The position numbers were made by a program, and so were the translations under genes. Under the pieces are notes generated by a model. It made no database searches. It was not told the origin of the DNA and saw only the letters and a list, made by a program, of their open reading frames with translations. A DNA stretch of 64,000 bases from Sphaerodactylus townsendi (Eukaryota): positions 38,626,001-38,690,000 of the forward strand of contig NC_059425.1 in assembly GCF_021028975.2 (NCBI RefSeq), given 5' to 3'. Numbering within the stretch: the stretch's first letter is position 1; every line of letters starts with the position of its first letter. Shown in pieces: positions 11,801 through 25,385 of this stretch.

Positions 11801-12549
11801 TCTTGGGTCCATGAAAATTAGTGGAAGTTAGGTATGACATCCCTTGCTCATGAGAACCATCCTTTGTCAACTGAAACATCATAATGTATGAGGCAAATAA
11901 TCATGTTTTTTTAATAGTCGGCCTCTGTGATCACAGGTATACAAAAACATTTCTCTGTGAAGGAGAATAATGTAAAAAAGGGTGGCATTCAGCTAGGTGT
12001 AATACATGTTAACTCAGTGAGGTCAGAAAACTGGTTTTGGGGAGAAGACCAAAAAGGTAATTATGGTAATGTGGAAACATATAGCCAAAACAGTGTGGCA
12101 TCACCCAGCTGTATCAACAGAACACATTTTCCACATAATAATATATCATCACAAGATTAGAGGTGTATAATTTCCAGACATTTTGAAACCATAGGAAAAT
12201 TAATGCATTTTATGTTGTTAAAACTATGATATATGCTATTTATAATTTATTTAGCATATCAAATTGTTCTTTGGCATTTCAATAAAACTTATCAGTAGAG
12301 ATGCCTTAATTTTCTGCAAGCAAAACTTCTAATAAAACAGTACTAGGGAGAGTGACCTGCAAACTGCTATCCTGTGTTACTTTAGCACATGTACCTTAGG
12401 GGTTTTTTTTTGTCATTTGAGAGGTAGAAGAAAAAAAAAGTTGAAAATAAAAAAGCACAAATTTGTAGTAAACAAAGTTGATTATTATTTGGACAGGAAC
12501 TGCCCCATTTAGAACTAACACCCTATTAAAATCTTATTTAAAGTTAAAT

Positions 12550-13130
12550 CTTATTTATATTTTTCTGTTTTTATTTTATGGTCACATTTATACCCCACCC
12601 TTCCTGCCTGGGCTCAGGGCGGCGAACAACAATAAAATTACTAATTAAAACAGCTGTAACCAACAGACATTAGAACAATTAAAATAACTGATAGATGGCG
12701 CTTAAAAACCCACCCACCCCAACCACACCCATGGGAGGCCGGTGATGATGATGGTCAGGCTGGCTGGCTAGATGGGAATTCCTGGTAGAAAAGCTCTGTC
12801 TTACAGGCCCTGCGGAATTCCTTCAGGTCCCTCAGGGAGCTTATTCCACCAGGTGGGGCAATATTGCCAGTGGGGCAATACGAGGAGAGGTGGTCCTGTA
12901 GGTATGCAGGTCCAAGGTTGCTCACAGCCTTAAAAATCAACACTAACACTTTGAACACTATCCGGAACTCGATTGGCAGCCAATGGAGCTGGTATAGGAC
13001 TGGGGTGATCCTGTCTCCACTTCATGCTCCTGAGAGGGGTCTGGCTGCCGCATGTTGCACAGGCTTTAATTTCTGGCTCATGGACAAAGGAACGCCAGCA
13101 TATAGTGAGTTACAATAATCCAATCTGGAG
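12550..13130 (-). mobile_element. L2-clade LINE 3' fragment
   Basis: FKVLVLIFKA..LGPAYLQDHL..EFRRACKTELF on the - strand, with an AT-rich tail. Confidence 0.8.
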
Positions 13131-13547
13131 GATTTGTAGAAATATCAGACATGGAATTTAAACTTTAGGACTGCACTTAAAATGGTGGCTGTTTATTGGG
13201 AATGAAAAATAATTTCCATTGAAATGGACTGGCTGTTAAGAATTTGGGATGATACAGCTATAAGAAAACTAACACTGTTAAGAAATAAATCCACATTAAT
13301 TAAAAAAACTTGAACGTAAAAATTTGAAGTAGAATGTATAATGTAAATGTAATGTAATGTATAATGTAAAATGTGATGTAATGTAAAATGTATAATATTT
13401 CCTGTTTCTTTTGCTGCCATTAATTTAACATGAATGTGTCAACATGCACAGTTTTATTTCACTAACATTTATGAATTTGACCAATTAGAATTCTATATAA
13501 ACGTATTTAAACTCTTTAATTTCTCTTTGTAATCATTTGAATTACAG

Positions 13548-13734
13548 GTTAAATCATACATATACCCAACTTTTGAGAGAGAATGAAGGTCTCCAAGTGG
13601 ATCATAAGAATTTGAAAACACTTCTGAACAGTTCTAAACTGGAACAAACAAGATTAGAAGCTGACTTTTCCAAGCTCAAAGAACAGTACCAACAACTGGA
13701 CATTAAGCATACAAAATTGAATAATCAGTGTGAG
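13548..13734 (+). CDS. CCDC88A: Girdin exon (LNHTYTQLL...LNNQCE)
   Basis: TACAG|G and GAG|GTAATA. Confidence 0.96.
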
Positions 13735-15252
13735 GTAATATGTTTGGATTATTTTAAAAAAATCTTCATTACAGCACTGTGAGTTCCCATAAAATGCATA
13801 TAGCAGCTTTCTTAGACTTAGTCTATATCTGTGTGACATGCTGAAACTGCTAGAACAGCAAATTTTACTGATTTTGAAGATGGCTTTGTAGAAGTAAGGA
13901 ACATGTTTAGTATGTAATTCTGCTTAGTCAGGTGTGCCCCGAGGAAGTGCTCTGAAATATTTCTATAGAACTACCATCTTATTTAAATCCATGTTTATTG
14001 AACTTTATTTCAAGTTAGTATCTTACTGCATTGTCAGACCTTTGGGAGTCAGGAGCAAGTTCAGTTCTTACTCAGTAATTAGATAGGACAAGTGGAGGAT
14101 CCTCAAGGACTAGCAGAGAGTAATCCCTCCCCCACTATTTCTTCTTTTCCTTCCATGAAAGTCCCCATAGCTTCTTGCTTGTTTTGCTTTCTTCTTTCCT
14201 TTCCACCTAAAACCTGCCCTACTTTTATCTGCCCACTGTCTTTAGCCTCTTTCCCTCCCTGGCAACCTCTCCCTGGGGAAACTCTGACCAAGTTTTAAAA
14301 TGCTGATGGTCCAGACCCTGTTGCATATTAGGGAATCTTCAAGGTCTTGTAGAGGTCACCTCACTTTTTTCTGTATCCTCCATCCACAATATCTCCTCTT
14401 TGTGTCTTCTTGAAGCCAGTGTACCCTCATCATTCCATGCATCCTTCTGTCCCTCCCATCCACCGACCAGCCTGCCTTTTATCTGCTCCCCCAGCTACAT
14501 TTGTTATTTATTTACTTAGTGTACTCCCTGCCTTTCTCCCCAATGGGGATCCAAAGCAGCTCACACAGTTCCGCTGCCCTCCATTTTGCCCTCATACCAA
14601 CCCTGTGAGGTAGCTTAGACTGAGAGTGTGTGACCAACCCAAGGTTATCCAGTGAGCTTCTGTGACAGCATGCGGATTTGAAACAAGCCCTGTTCACAAG
14701 TGATAGTGAACATATGTATAGTTTTTTCTTTGCATGTACGTTGAGTAATCTCATGTTACAGTCAATGCATATACAGCTGAATGTGGGATAGAAACCCCAC
14801 ATTTATCCATCTGGTCCCCACCTGGTTTCATTTGTAAAGTTCACATTTATAGACAGGATGTAACTCTGTTCACTAGAACACGCAAACAGGGCTACTGGGT
14901 CTCCCAGATCAGAATCTGAAGCTCTACCCACTATATCACACTGACTTTTGTGATGTGGCTGTTGTTGAACATTACTGAGGAATGAGGACTGGGTACGTCA
15001 TGAAAGCCATGTAGTAAGTGAGACACCTGGTGGTTGTTCCTGACCCTGGCCCCAGTGATTCCTTCTTCAAGACCTGAACTGGAACTGCAAGGCTCCCACT
15101 TAGCTTAGAATAAAGACCATGGACAGCAAGTAAATTGTCCAAATGTAACCCTTTATTGTAATATTTGTCTTCCAAATCTTTCTATATTGCATAGAATACA
15201 AGTAGTGCAGGTATTGCTTTTACTAAAATACAGCATTTTGTATTTTTAACAG

Positions 15253-15398
15253 TTGCTTAGCCAATTAAAAGGAAACTTGGAGGAAGAAAACAGGCATTTG
15301 TTGGATCAAATCCAAACATTAATGCTGCAAAATAGAACACTATTGGAGCAGAATATGGAAAGTAAAGATCTCTTCCATGTTGAACAGAGACAGTATAT
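15253..15398 (+). CDS. CCDC88A: Girdin exon ([15 protein letters not shown]...EQRQY)
   Basis: AACAG|TTG and AT|GTGAGT; absent from the ORF track but in frame. Confidence 0.95.
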
Positions 15399-15817
15399 GT
15401 GAGTATCTTAAAAAGGTGATCCATTTGTATATGACATAATTGCAATTGGATCATCAAATGGAAATCAGTGATTAATGTTTTAAAAAACATTTGTAGTTTT
15501 TAGAAAGGTTAGGATACTCCGAAACTCCTTCTCTTTAGATATAGATATATGTGAGACTATACCATGACTGTTTAATAATATCATTTGCAATATATTTTTA
15601 AGGAGCATTACAAATTACCAATGGCATAATAATCCAGCAAACTGACTTGATTGCAGGCTGGTCTTCCTGCGAGGGACATTCTTATTAACAATAGTTTTTT
15701 TTACTAATGACTCAATTTTTAACACAAAGAAGAAAGAGATGGATCTATCATTGCTTGAGAAAGGGAGTACACAGCCTTCACAAAACAAAAAATTGAATGA
15801 AAGATTAAGATTTCTTA

Positions 15818-16418
15818 GACCAATTCCCCACAGTCAATTAATTGTGTGATATTCATGTGAAATATCTTGCATTCAGGAAGAACTCCCCACTGCCTGATCG
15901 ACGAACACGGATTCATCCCGGTTCTGGTGCTCATTCTCCCCCTTATCCCGTGTCCTTGCCGAACCTGCTTGAAAGTACTACTTTTTCAAAAAACACGTCT
16001 TCGATTCAGTTTTGAGGGGAGGATTGGGGATCTAATCCTGGTTCAAATTTCCCACTGTGGAGCGTGACACAAATGCCTCACAACCAGTCAGTGCGCGCGG
16101 TGCTGTTCTCTTGAGAGCACGAGAGAACGATAACCAACCAGAAACTTGGGCGGGGGAGACGTGCTGACATGATGACATCATAACGTGACCACATTTTTCC
16201 AGGAGAAAAAAGGTCCTGCCTCAACAGCCAATCAGGAGAGACCCGCCAAGCCGATCACGTGGTAGTGGGGATTGTTACATTTTTTGAATCTGAGATAGGC
16301 CTAGATGTCCCCACTGGAAACTTGCTATGGTGGGGAGGTTGAAACCTCGATGAAAAGGTGCAGTTTATTTTCAAGCTTGGTTTGATCTTGGTTTGAATTT
16401 CCTGGTGGCGATTCGGCC
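15818..16418. mobile_element. PIF/Harbinger-type MITE
   Basis: Imperfect TIRs GACCAATTCCCCAC / GTGGCGATTCGGCC, flanked by TTA on both sides. Confidence 0.55.
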
Positions 16419-16932
16419 TTAAACGGTAGGGCATTCCTGAGAGAAGGGAGTTCATGTTCATTTTTCATTTTAAAATATACATATATGCTGTTAGACTAGA
16501 GTGGTTCCACAGGGAGTATTTAGTCTCTAATGACCTTCTTAAAAATAAAAAAAAAAATCTCTCAAAAGATTCAAGGTTGGACTTGCTGAAATGTTTTCTT
16601 TGCAGGGCTTCCTTTGAAGGCTATCTAGAAGCTTCAACTGGTTCAGAAAGCAGCAGCTAAAATGATACCTAAGCCTTAATGAAATATATTAAACCAAGTG
16701 CACTAGCTTCCAGTGTGTTTCCAGGCTTGGTTTAAAGTGCTGATTTTAATCTTACTTATCCACATTCTGCACAATGCATCAGATTTTCTAAAAATCAAAT
16801 ATTGGCATTAGAGTGATAGAATTTTTTTAAGTCTAAAAAGGCCCTAAAATGCTTGAACGTGAAATTCACAGAAAAAGAAAGGTTGTGTAAATATAAACAA
16901 CGCTTGAAATGTATATCTACATTTCTTCACAG

Positions 16933-17025
16933 AGACAAGCTAAATGAATTAAGAAGACAAAAAGAGAAACTGGAAGAAAAGATTATGGATCAGTATAAGT
17001 TTTATGAACCGTCACCACCAAGAAG
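16933..17025 (+). CDS. CCDC88A: Girdin exon ([30 protein letters not shown])
   Basis: CACAG|A and AG|GTAACA; peptide typical of the CCDC88 family. Confidence 0.96.
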
Positions 17026-17207
17026 GTAACATGTCATCACAAATTTGAAAAAAAATACCTTTCTTCTTGAAGGTGATTCAGTTCTACAAGTCTGTCAGAA
17101 ACATATCTGTGCGTGTTAGATAAATAATTTTTAATACCAATGGCAGAGGGTCAGTGAGAGTCTAAATGTGATTCTAAAATTAGTATTTCTGTTTATGTAT
17201 TTGAAAG

Positions 17208-17422
17208 GAGGGGTAATTGGATTACTCTGAAAATGAGGAAGTTGATAAAATCTAAGAAGGATGTTAACCGAGAACGACTCAAGTCTCTTACTCTGACACC
17301 CACCCGCTCCGAGTCAAGTGAAGGATTTCTTCAGCTGCCCCATCAGGACAGTCAAGATAGCTCTTCGGTGGGCTCAAACTCACTTGAGGATGGTCAGACT
17401 GTGGGGGCCAAAAAAAGCAGCA
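17208..17422 (+). CDS. CCDC88A: Girdin exon (RGNWITLKMRKLIK...RERLKS Akt site...KKSS)
   Basis: GAAAG|G and A|GTGAGT; contains the RxRxxS motif RERLKS, equivalent to human Ser1416/1417. Confidence 0.96.
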
Positions 17423-18421
17423 GTGAGTAAATTGCTTAATTTTAGTTAAGATCTGTATCAGGTATAATATGGTGGTAACCCTCTCTGGGGGAAAACTTTC
17501 AAAGCATTTAGAGGAAAATTTGGTTTAGAAATAACTTGATCACTTTCTTGCAGAGTGGGGAATCAAGTCCTACAGCAGATGAATATTCTTAGTATCTGTA
17601 AGGGTTGCACTATTTAAAATGAGCAATTTTGAGAGGTAAAGCTAGCAGATTAAATCAACACCTGTCCTTTACCTGTAAACATTGCTCCTTTTCCTGCTGT
17701 TTCTTCTCATCCGCTCATAACATTTCTCCCTTCATGTGTGTAGATATCCTTATGACGTGCTCCCTTACTAACATCCTTTCATTGCTTCTGAATTGATCCT
17801 GGGTTTTCTGCATGTTCATAGGCAGCCTGGTCCTTTGATGCCGTTGGCACAGTGGGACACTGTCTCCAGCCTTGCATGGGAGAGGCACAACGCTGAGTCA
17901 TCTCTCTGTTTCCCAGAGCGCTATGGTGGCACATGGGCCAGGGTAGAAGGGTGTCCAGGAGTTATCACAGTATGGAAATCTACCCTCTGTGAGCATTTCA
18001 TATATTATTTGATGCAAACCATCAGGCACTGCGATATCTCTTCTACATACTACTTCAGCATGGTTTGTGCCTTCACTGTATTGCACCAAACTCTACTACA
18101 ACAGGATGTGTGAAAACCAGTATTTTCCTACCCCATATGGTGTGAAATAAAATATTTTGCTGTAATTTGACAAATGTTTTTACTAATATCTCAATGAAAA
18201 CATTAGGTGAAAACATTGTGGACAGAAAGGAATTCAGGCTAGCAAACTTGGACATATTTCATAAAGTTGACTTAATTGATGGAGTGCTGAATTCGTGTCA
18301 GAGCTCAGCCTGTTTGAACTAATGTAATCAATTTACATAGTTCAGCTTTAACAACATAATTGCATCCAAAATAATGGGTGTGTGGCACCTTGAAGACTAA
18401 CAAATTATGGCATGAGCTGGG

Positions 18422-19285
18422 CAGCCCAATCCAAAGGGGGGGGAATCCCTCTCTGGAAGAGGTACAGGCTTACGCTGGCAGATTTGCCCTCCCCAGGGCA
18501 CTTACGCCAGCGTAGGGGCAAATCTGCCAGAGACCAACTGCTGAAGGGTCCTGGGATGCCCAGCCGCAATGCCCATATCTGGGCTAACGCTCCCACACCA
18601 TTCCTAGCTATGTCGGTGTGGAGGAATGGGTTTCTGAGGGCAAGGCCAACTTCATTTAGGCTGTTTCCGCACAGCCAGCAGCAGGGGCGTCCCACTGGCT
18701 TAAATTAAGCCGGTGGGGCGTTGGGACTGCTCGCACAGTCACGCGCGGGCAGCCCTGATGCCGACGCTGCCCGCAGGGGCGGCTCCACACGGAGCCGCCC
18801 AGGGTGTGTGCAAGGCACTTACCTTGCCGTCTCGTTCAGCTCCAGGCGGCTGCACAGACATGCCCACGCTGTCCTCCGACCCCCGTGGGTCAGAGGGCAG
18901 CTTGGGCGTGTCTTTGCAGCCACCCTGAGGTAAGTGCCTTGCACACACCGGAGGGGCCGAAAGTGGCGCCCTCACGCCAGTGCTGTTCGCACAGCGCTGG
19001 CCCGAAGGCGCCGCTTTGCAAAAACCTTGCAGCAGCACCTCCTGTGTGAACGGCTCTTGCCTCCAGAGCCCGCTCGGCTTCAGTGCACCAGTAGAATCCC
19101 CAGCAGAGATTCCCCACAATTTTTGTGGCATATCTCTGTTCTCGCCTATGGAAGATTCAAAGGGGAGGGTGTTTTTTAAAAAAACTTTTTCAGACTTCCC
19201 ACACCACGGGAAAGCCCTTTGGAGTGGGCAGAGTGGCGCCGAAGTGGCACTATCCCTGCCTGTCTTACAGCTCTAGATTGAACTG
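18422..19285. mobile_element. GC-rich MITE (CAGCCCAATCC TIR family, probably Harbinger-like)
   Basis: Termini CAGCCCAATCCA...TAGATTGAACTG; same TIR family as 45666-46081. Confidence 0.6.
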
Positions 19286-19499
19286 TGAGTGAGTCAGAAT
19301 TCAATTCATCAGATTCATGAAGTGTTCATTTGACAGAAGTGGGCAACCAAAAATACAGAGTATGAAAGCAGAAGGGAAATTACTTCAAACAACTGCTTTG
19401 AGAGCCTAAGTAGAAATAATTCAAAAGGTCCAGTTACAAGGTGTGATATAATGATATCACATGCAAACAAGGCCCTCTGCCATTTGCATTGGTCAAATT

Positions 19500-20040
19500 A
19501 GACAGTCTGTGTGCAAGAGAATAAATGACATGTCAGACGTTAAAAATGGAAATGTTTAGAAACCTGTGGGGAGGCATTTCAGTTTCCTTGGACGTTCATT
19601 AAATGTTTATACCTCTGCAGAAAAGTTTTAAAAAGAGACTCTAGCTGCAACTCTAGCTGCGATTTGTTATGCAGATTTAATGTTGTCAGACCCCGACACA
19701 GTAGGGACTTGGGATGGCTAGCTCACTATGAAAAGTAATTGTCCTTAACAGACTTCTGTATAACCTTTTTTGTATTCATTCTGTTTTATCAGTTCATCTT
19801 GGTTGATACTCAGTTTGAGTGGAATGGTGTACTCCTTTGACAGAAGCTTGTTTTAATCTGTGTTCTGCAGTGTAATGTCATACAAATTGTCCTGGGTAAC
19901 TGTGCCTTCTAAACTTTCATCACCTTTCTGTTATTTGTAATGTTGGGTATAAATCTTTCAGTCAATTTAACACAGACATTTAATGTCTCTGATGATGCAG
20001 GCGCCAACTCTCAAAAATTTAATTCATTAGTCTTGAAGAT
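19500..20040 (+). mobile_element. Penelope (Neptune-like) GIY-YIG 3' fragment
   Basis: Degenerate KPVGRHFS..G and SRDLGWLAHY peptides; CTGATGA motif near 19989. Confidence 0.55.
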
Positions 20041-20329
20041 GCCACAAGATTATTCTTTTGGCTTCAATAACATGGCTGCTCCTCAGTAATTTATTGTAAT
20101 TACATTTATCATGAGATGACTGGTCATGAATGAAGACTAAATGAACAATTTTATAAATTCTTGGAATCAGCGAAATCTGTATAGGTACATTTTTAAGGTC
20201 TGTTTCTATGTTCATAGTCTTGTTCATTATTGTGTGAAACAACTAATTATCCATATTAACTATTTTAAAAGTAGCCTCTTATATGCCAAAATAAATCTTT
20301 TCTCACTTGATATTATTCGTATTGTCAAA

Positions 20330-21110
20330 TGATAACCAGCATAAAATACAATTATCTGTTATCCATTCATCTTTCCCCCTTTGATCCATTTTAAATACAA
20401 TATTTTCTGTATTCTAAAAGTTATTAATAAGATAAATCCATCGTTTCACCCATATGTTGCTTTTCATTGTTATTCTTATTTTTGGAAATATTATGAATAG
20501 AACATTTTCCATTTGTCTCTTATTCACAAAATTGGTTAACTTTTCCATTTTCACATATTCTGTTAATTTGTTTTCCCAGTCTTCTTGGCTAGGGCATTCT
20601 TCAGCCTTCTATTTTGTGGCAAGTACTAGCCACTGTTATCAAATATTGAAACAATTATTCTGTGACGTTTGGGATATTTTTGATACTATGCCTAATAACA
20701 TGATTTTCAAAATTTTCTGTATTTCTGCATGAATAGTTTTCTAACATTTAAAAGTTTTTTCCACACAACCTCCACATATCATGAAAAGAACCGTACACTT
20801 CTTTACATTTACAGCATTTCCCAATATAATTTTTGTCCATCTTTTCAATGTCCTTTGCAGTGATATACAACCAATAAAACATCTTATACCGATTTTCTTT
20901 TAATGTTTAGTGTACTGTAAATTTGATGCCTTTCATCCATGGGGCTTCCCATTGTTGAAAAGATATTTCTTCTTCGAAATTTTGCATCTATCTAACCATA
21001 TATGTTTTCACTTGTTCCGTTTCTGTATCAAATTGAAGTAAAAGTTTATACTTTTGTCTTAAGACAGTGCATTATTATTAAGTTAGTGTTATACTGAGGG
21101 TGTTGCTTTA
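20330..21110 (-). mobile_element. L1 LINE ORF2 C-terminal fragment
   Basis: Minus strand reads LKENRYKMFYWLY..KCCKCKEVYGSFHDMWRLC, a degenerate CCHC knuckle, with stop codons. Confidence 0.75.
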
Positions 21111-21459
21111 CAAGGTGCTAGATTTGGTTTCTCTTTTACCTGCATCTTTAAAAAAAACAATTAAACCAAAATTATGCTTTTTTAAATAGAGATCTCTATG
21201 CAAAACAGGAAAATCCTACTAATATTTGTACAGTTTTGAAATACTCTTAAATATTCCATTGGATGTTTATTTTGTGGTGTTGCCAAAAACAAGCAGTTAG
21301 ATGGTTCTGCAAGAGCTCCCAGCCACTTCTGTGAAGCAGTCAGAGGAAAGGGAAAGCACGTTCTTACTGTAATCTGTCCCACTAAAAGATAAAAATGTGG
21401 TTCTGCATTGTTTGGAGAAAGTGAAAGCAGTGTGCTTCTGCTGTGGAAAAAAAGTCCTG

Positions 21460-21720
21460 ATTTAAAATGGCTGCAATGGGTAAAACCACCTGTATCTCTG
21501 GAATCCCTTGGGCAATCACAACAGTTTTACCTGCATTCTGCTAATTGGCCTCTGGGGATTCTCCCCCACTAATCGTTTTTTGTGAAATTCGGACACCCCC
21601 TCCCAATTTTTCCAAAATGGCTGCCTCAAGTAAGAATGTCTGTATCTCTGGAATTCCTTGGGCTACCACAGCAGTTTTAACTGCATTCTCCTTGGGCTCA
21701 TCTGGGGATTCTTTTCCACC
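21460..21720. repeat. Diverged ~150-bp direct repeat (2 copies)
   Basis: AAAATGGCTGC..TGTATCTCTGGAAT.CCTTGGGC..CAGTTTTA.CTGCATTCT..CTGGGGATTCT occurs twice. Confidence 0.7.
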
Positions 21721-22239
21721 CATTGGTTTTTCAAAACTTAAACCTTCCAATTTCATCATTTTTTTCCTGGTGCCCAAAGATAGCTACTACCTCCTTTCAA
21801 TGCACAGAAGGTCCAGGAAGTGGCTGCAGATTAATTCATCATTGAGGTTCTGTTTTTCTGTGAGACAAGATATAGTAAGCAATTGGTGGAGATGGCGGTA
21901 AAGGCAGGGAATAGCTTCATCAGCTACTGTTCAGCAACTGTGTGACATGTGCTGATGCTATTGGGGCTGCCAACCTGTAAGCAACTGCCTTCTTACACAA
22001 AGCTGACTGAGCTGTGGTCATCTTCCACTACCACTTCCTGAAAACTGTTGTTAAGCTTGTGCTGTCCTTTCTCCTTCAACTGTCATTTAATGGTTTCTGC
22101 CAAACTCTGTCATACCAAAAGATGCATTAGTAATTTATTAGTTATGAATGGTGATCTAATAATTGTATATCACCCAGGGCAACTGGTTGGCCGCTATGTG
22201 AGGATGCTGGAATTGATGGCTGATTGGTCTGATCCAGTA

Positions 22240-22490
22240 CGGTGGTACCTCGAAAATTGCCGATAATCCGTCCGGAGATTATCGGTGATTTCCGAAAATG
22301 GTGTATTTTGAGGGACGCCGTTTGCTCACATGCAGTGCCATTTGCATACATGCAACAATGTTTGTGTACCCTCAGCGGCCGCCGAAAATCGAGGCAACCG
22401 ACGATTTTCAAGTGCGGAAATCGGCGCCTGGCAATCGTTGATTACTGAAATCGACAATTATCGAAGGCGTCGATTTTCAAGGTACCACTG
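22240..22490. mobile_element. Tigger/pogo-like MITE
   Basis: TA|CGGTGGTACCTCGAAAA...TTTTCAAGGTACCACTG|TA; CpG-rich. Confidence 0.85.
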
Positions 22491-22944
22491 TAGACTGTTC
22501 TTATGTTCTTAATAATATAAATTTTCTATTTAGAAGTTTCAGTGTGTGCTGCATGACTTCTAAAACAGTAAAAACTCAAGTGTTTTAGATTCTCAAAAGC
22601 AATAGCTGATTGCTACACAAGCAAATAACTAATAGTTATACTAATTTGGGAGTGATACTTTCATCAGTAATGCTCTGTTATCAGGTTCTGATTGTAGTTG
22701 CTGTCTTCCAGTTACTTTTCATGCCACTTTTTCAGCCCAAAAGATACTTTTGTGCTTCGTGATTTCAAATAGTATCTATTTTCAGATTCTTCACACATAG
22801 TTGCAAGTCTGCCTAGCCACTTCCAAACAGTGGATGCAGCCATATAAGGGAGTGTTGATGGGGGGGAAACATAGAGATGTTGGGGTTTTTTAATTTTCTG
22901 TTTAACTAGAGATAGAGAGAAGGACACTTTCTTAGGAACAATAA

Positions 22945-23770
22945 GAAGAGTTTGGATTTATACCTTTCCTGTAAGGAGATTCAAGGCTGCTTACAAACTC
23001 CTTTCCCTTCCACTCCCCACAACAGACGCCTTGTGGAGTAGGTGGGGCTGAGAGAGTTCTGAGAGAACTGTGACTAGTCCAGGCTCACCCAGCGGGAAGA
23101 TATACTCCTTTCAGGATAAAGATCTAAGTGTGGTCGTGCGTGCTTTGGCGGAAGTTGCAGCATGCATGACCGCAATTCAAAATAGTGCTGATTCCCTTTT
23201 AGTGTCAGAGAATCATATTTAAGATCTGCTTTTGTCAAAAACATTATGCCCTACAGTATCAAACACAGAACTTTGTAAAATAGCATTTATATTATCCTGA
23301 ATGTCTATTAGCAAAACTCGCCTTTTTGTAAAGTTGCACTTGCCATTTTCTTTTCCTCAGCAGGAATGGGAAAGAGAAATGGCAGGCACAAATTTACAAA
23401 AAGGAGAGTCTTGTTAATAGCTGTCTGGGGCAATATAAATTCTATTTTATCAAAGTTCTGTGTTTGATACTGCAGGGCACAATGTTTCTGATGAAAGCAG
23501 TGCTTAAATACGATTCTCCAACACTAAAAGAAAATCAGACGGAGAGGGTGGCAGGCACTAGGACCCAGTGAATCATTCAACAAAAAGAAGATGCAGAAAG
23601 ATGTGAATTAATTCCTACATCTTCTTGGTTCTTTATGCTGAACAGAATAAAAGGTTGGGAAAAAAATCTGGTTCACCAGATAGGCGTCTGCTCTCTTGTG
23701 GAGGAGTGGGGAATCAAACCTGCTTCTCCAGATTATAGTACACTGCTCTTAACCACTATACCACGCTGGC
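22945..23770 (-). mobile_element. SINE split by a ~560-bp insertion
   Basis: The 3' half (22945-23098) and 5' half (~23660-23770) are collinear with the intact copy at 11490-11800. Confidence 0.75.
23190..23538. repeat. Long imperfect inverted repeat (~170-bp arms, ~12-nt loop)
   Basis: For example, CAGTATCAAACACAGAACTTTG pairs with CAAAGTTCTGTGTTTGATACTG, and CCTTTTTGTAAA pairs with TTTACAAAAAGG. Confidence 0.9.
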
Positions 23771-25159
23771 TGCCCATGGGACTTGCTTTTGAGTAGACCT
23801 GCTTAGGAGTGTTGCCTCAGTCAGACATAAAATCAAGCCGTATGCTGGGATCCAGATTAGTGTTTATGTGGGCACGGGGATTTCTACCTGCAGAGGATGA
23901 CTTTCCCTCCTTCATGCAGCAGCCCAAAATCCTATTCCTGCAGGAAAGGGTTTAAGAACAGAATTTTTGATGTCATTTTGGGCTGCCACAAGACGGGGAG
24001 AGGAAGGAAAGTTGCACTCCTCCGGCAAATGTGTGTCTGGATCCAGGCCATTGTTTGGAGCTGTGTGAACAAACCTCAGGCTTACACACGCCGTCCTTCC
24101 TCTCAAGTGTCCTGTTTTCCTTGTGTCACTCTTTGCTGTCTATCCATGATTTGCTGATATATTAAAACAGGGCAAACTATGGATGTACTTACAACTGAAA
24201 ACCATTGAGCCACGGAGAGGGGCTCAATGGTGTGGCTCAATGGTGGAGCAACTGCTTGCCAGGCAGAAGATCCTACTTCTGTTACTAACCCTGGAGAGCT
24301 GTAGCCAGGCTGAGACAATACTGGCCTTGCTGGAGTCAGAGCCTGATTCAGCATAGGGCAGCTTCCTGGTTTCATGGTAAACCAACAAACAGGGAGGGAA
24401 GAAATCATAGCACATGAGGGGAGGAGATAGTATGTGGCTCAATCGCACAGTGTTGTACTATGATTTGGGGTATCTGAACAGATTCACTTTCTAGTTGAGT
24501 TGGTTCTTGCTCAGAATAACCCTTCTGGAGAGTTATGTTTCTTCACAGTAAACTACTAAAAAACTATGACAAAACGTACTTGTACCTTGGGTCATTTGGA
24601 AATATTTTCTGCCTTTTGACAGTTGATTTTATGCAATTTATATGCCTGATTGAAAATGGAGCTGCTGTTATAAATGTGCTCGCATTGAGCTCTTGAATAC
24701 ATTGATGGCTTGGAGGAAGACAGATCTATGTTTCAACTGTCAAGAAAACTTAAAAGTCCTTAACTTGCTTAACAGTGGGTGATGATCTCTTGATTCCCTC
24801 TTCCTGCCCTCTTCTTCGGACTCTCAGTCTGCAGTGAGAGGGAAAATCAGTGGAAATCATTGTTTCCTCTTAAGAAAACTGAAGTGCTGGGGTCAAGTCA
24901 GCCTTCTTGCCATGTTTGTGTCATCTGTGAACTTACACATTCTGTCTAAAATGCGCGGTTAGTCTCATATTTCATAGATATATAATGCTTAGGAATGATT
25001 GTAAATGATTTAACCTTATGTAGTTTAAGGCAGTGCTCTCAGTCTTTATATTGAGGACCATTGTGCCAGTTCCACTCATTTACTCCTTTCGCTGCATTTG
25101 TCATTCCTTCTGCTCTGAGGAGGGATATATGAGTTGTTGTTTTTCCTTTCCTTTTGGGC

Positions 25160-25385
25160 TAGTCACAGTTCTTCTGAGCTCCCTCAGCCCCACCTACCTC
25201 ACAGGGTATTTGTTGTGGGGGGGGGGGAAGGGAAAGGAGTTTGTAAGCCCCTTTGAGTCTCCTATAGGAGAGAAAGGAGAGATAGAAATCCAACTCTTCC
25301 TCTTCTTCTTCTTTAAAGAACACATAGAGGGGGGATATAAATCCAACTCTTCTTCTTCTTCTTCTTCTTCTTCTTCTTCTTCTTC
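25160..25385 (+). mobile_element. SINE 3' fragment with duplicated end and (TTC)n microsatellite
   Basis: CTCAGCCCCACCTACCTCACAGGG body; ATCCAACTCTTC occurs twice; ~12 TTC units at 25350-25385. Confidence 0.8.

Noticed and set aside
18405-19276. Dense cluster of overlapping ORFs
   Set aside because: GC-rich MITE interior with few stop codons; no protein motifs.
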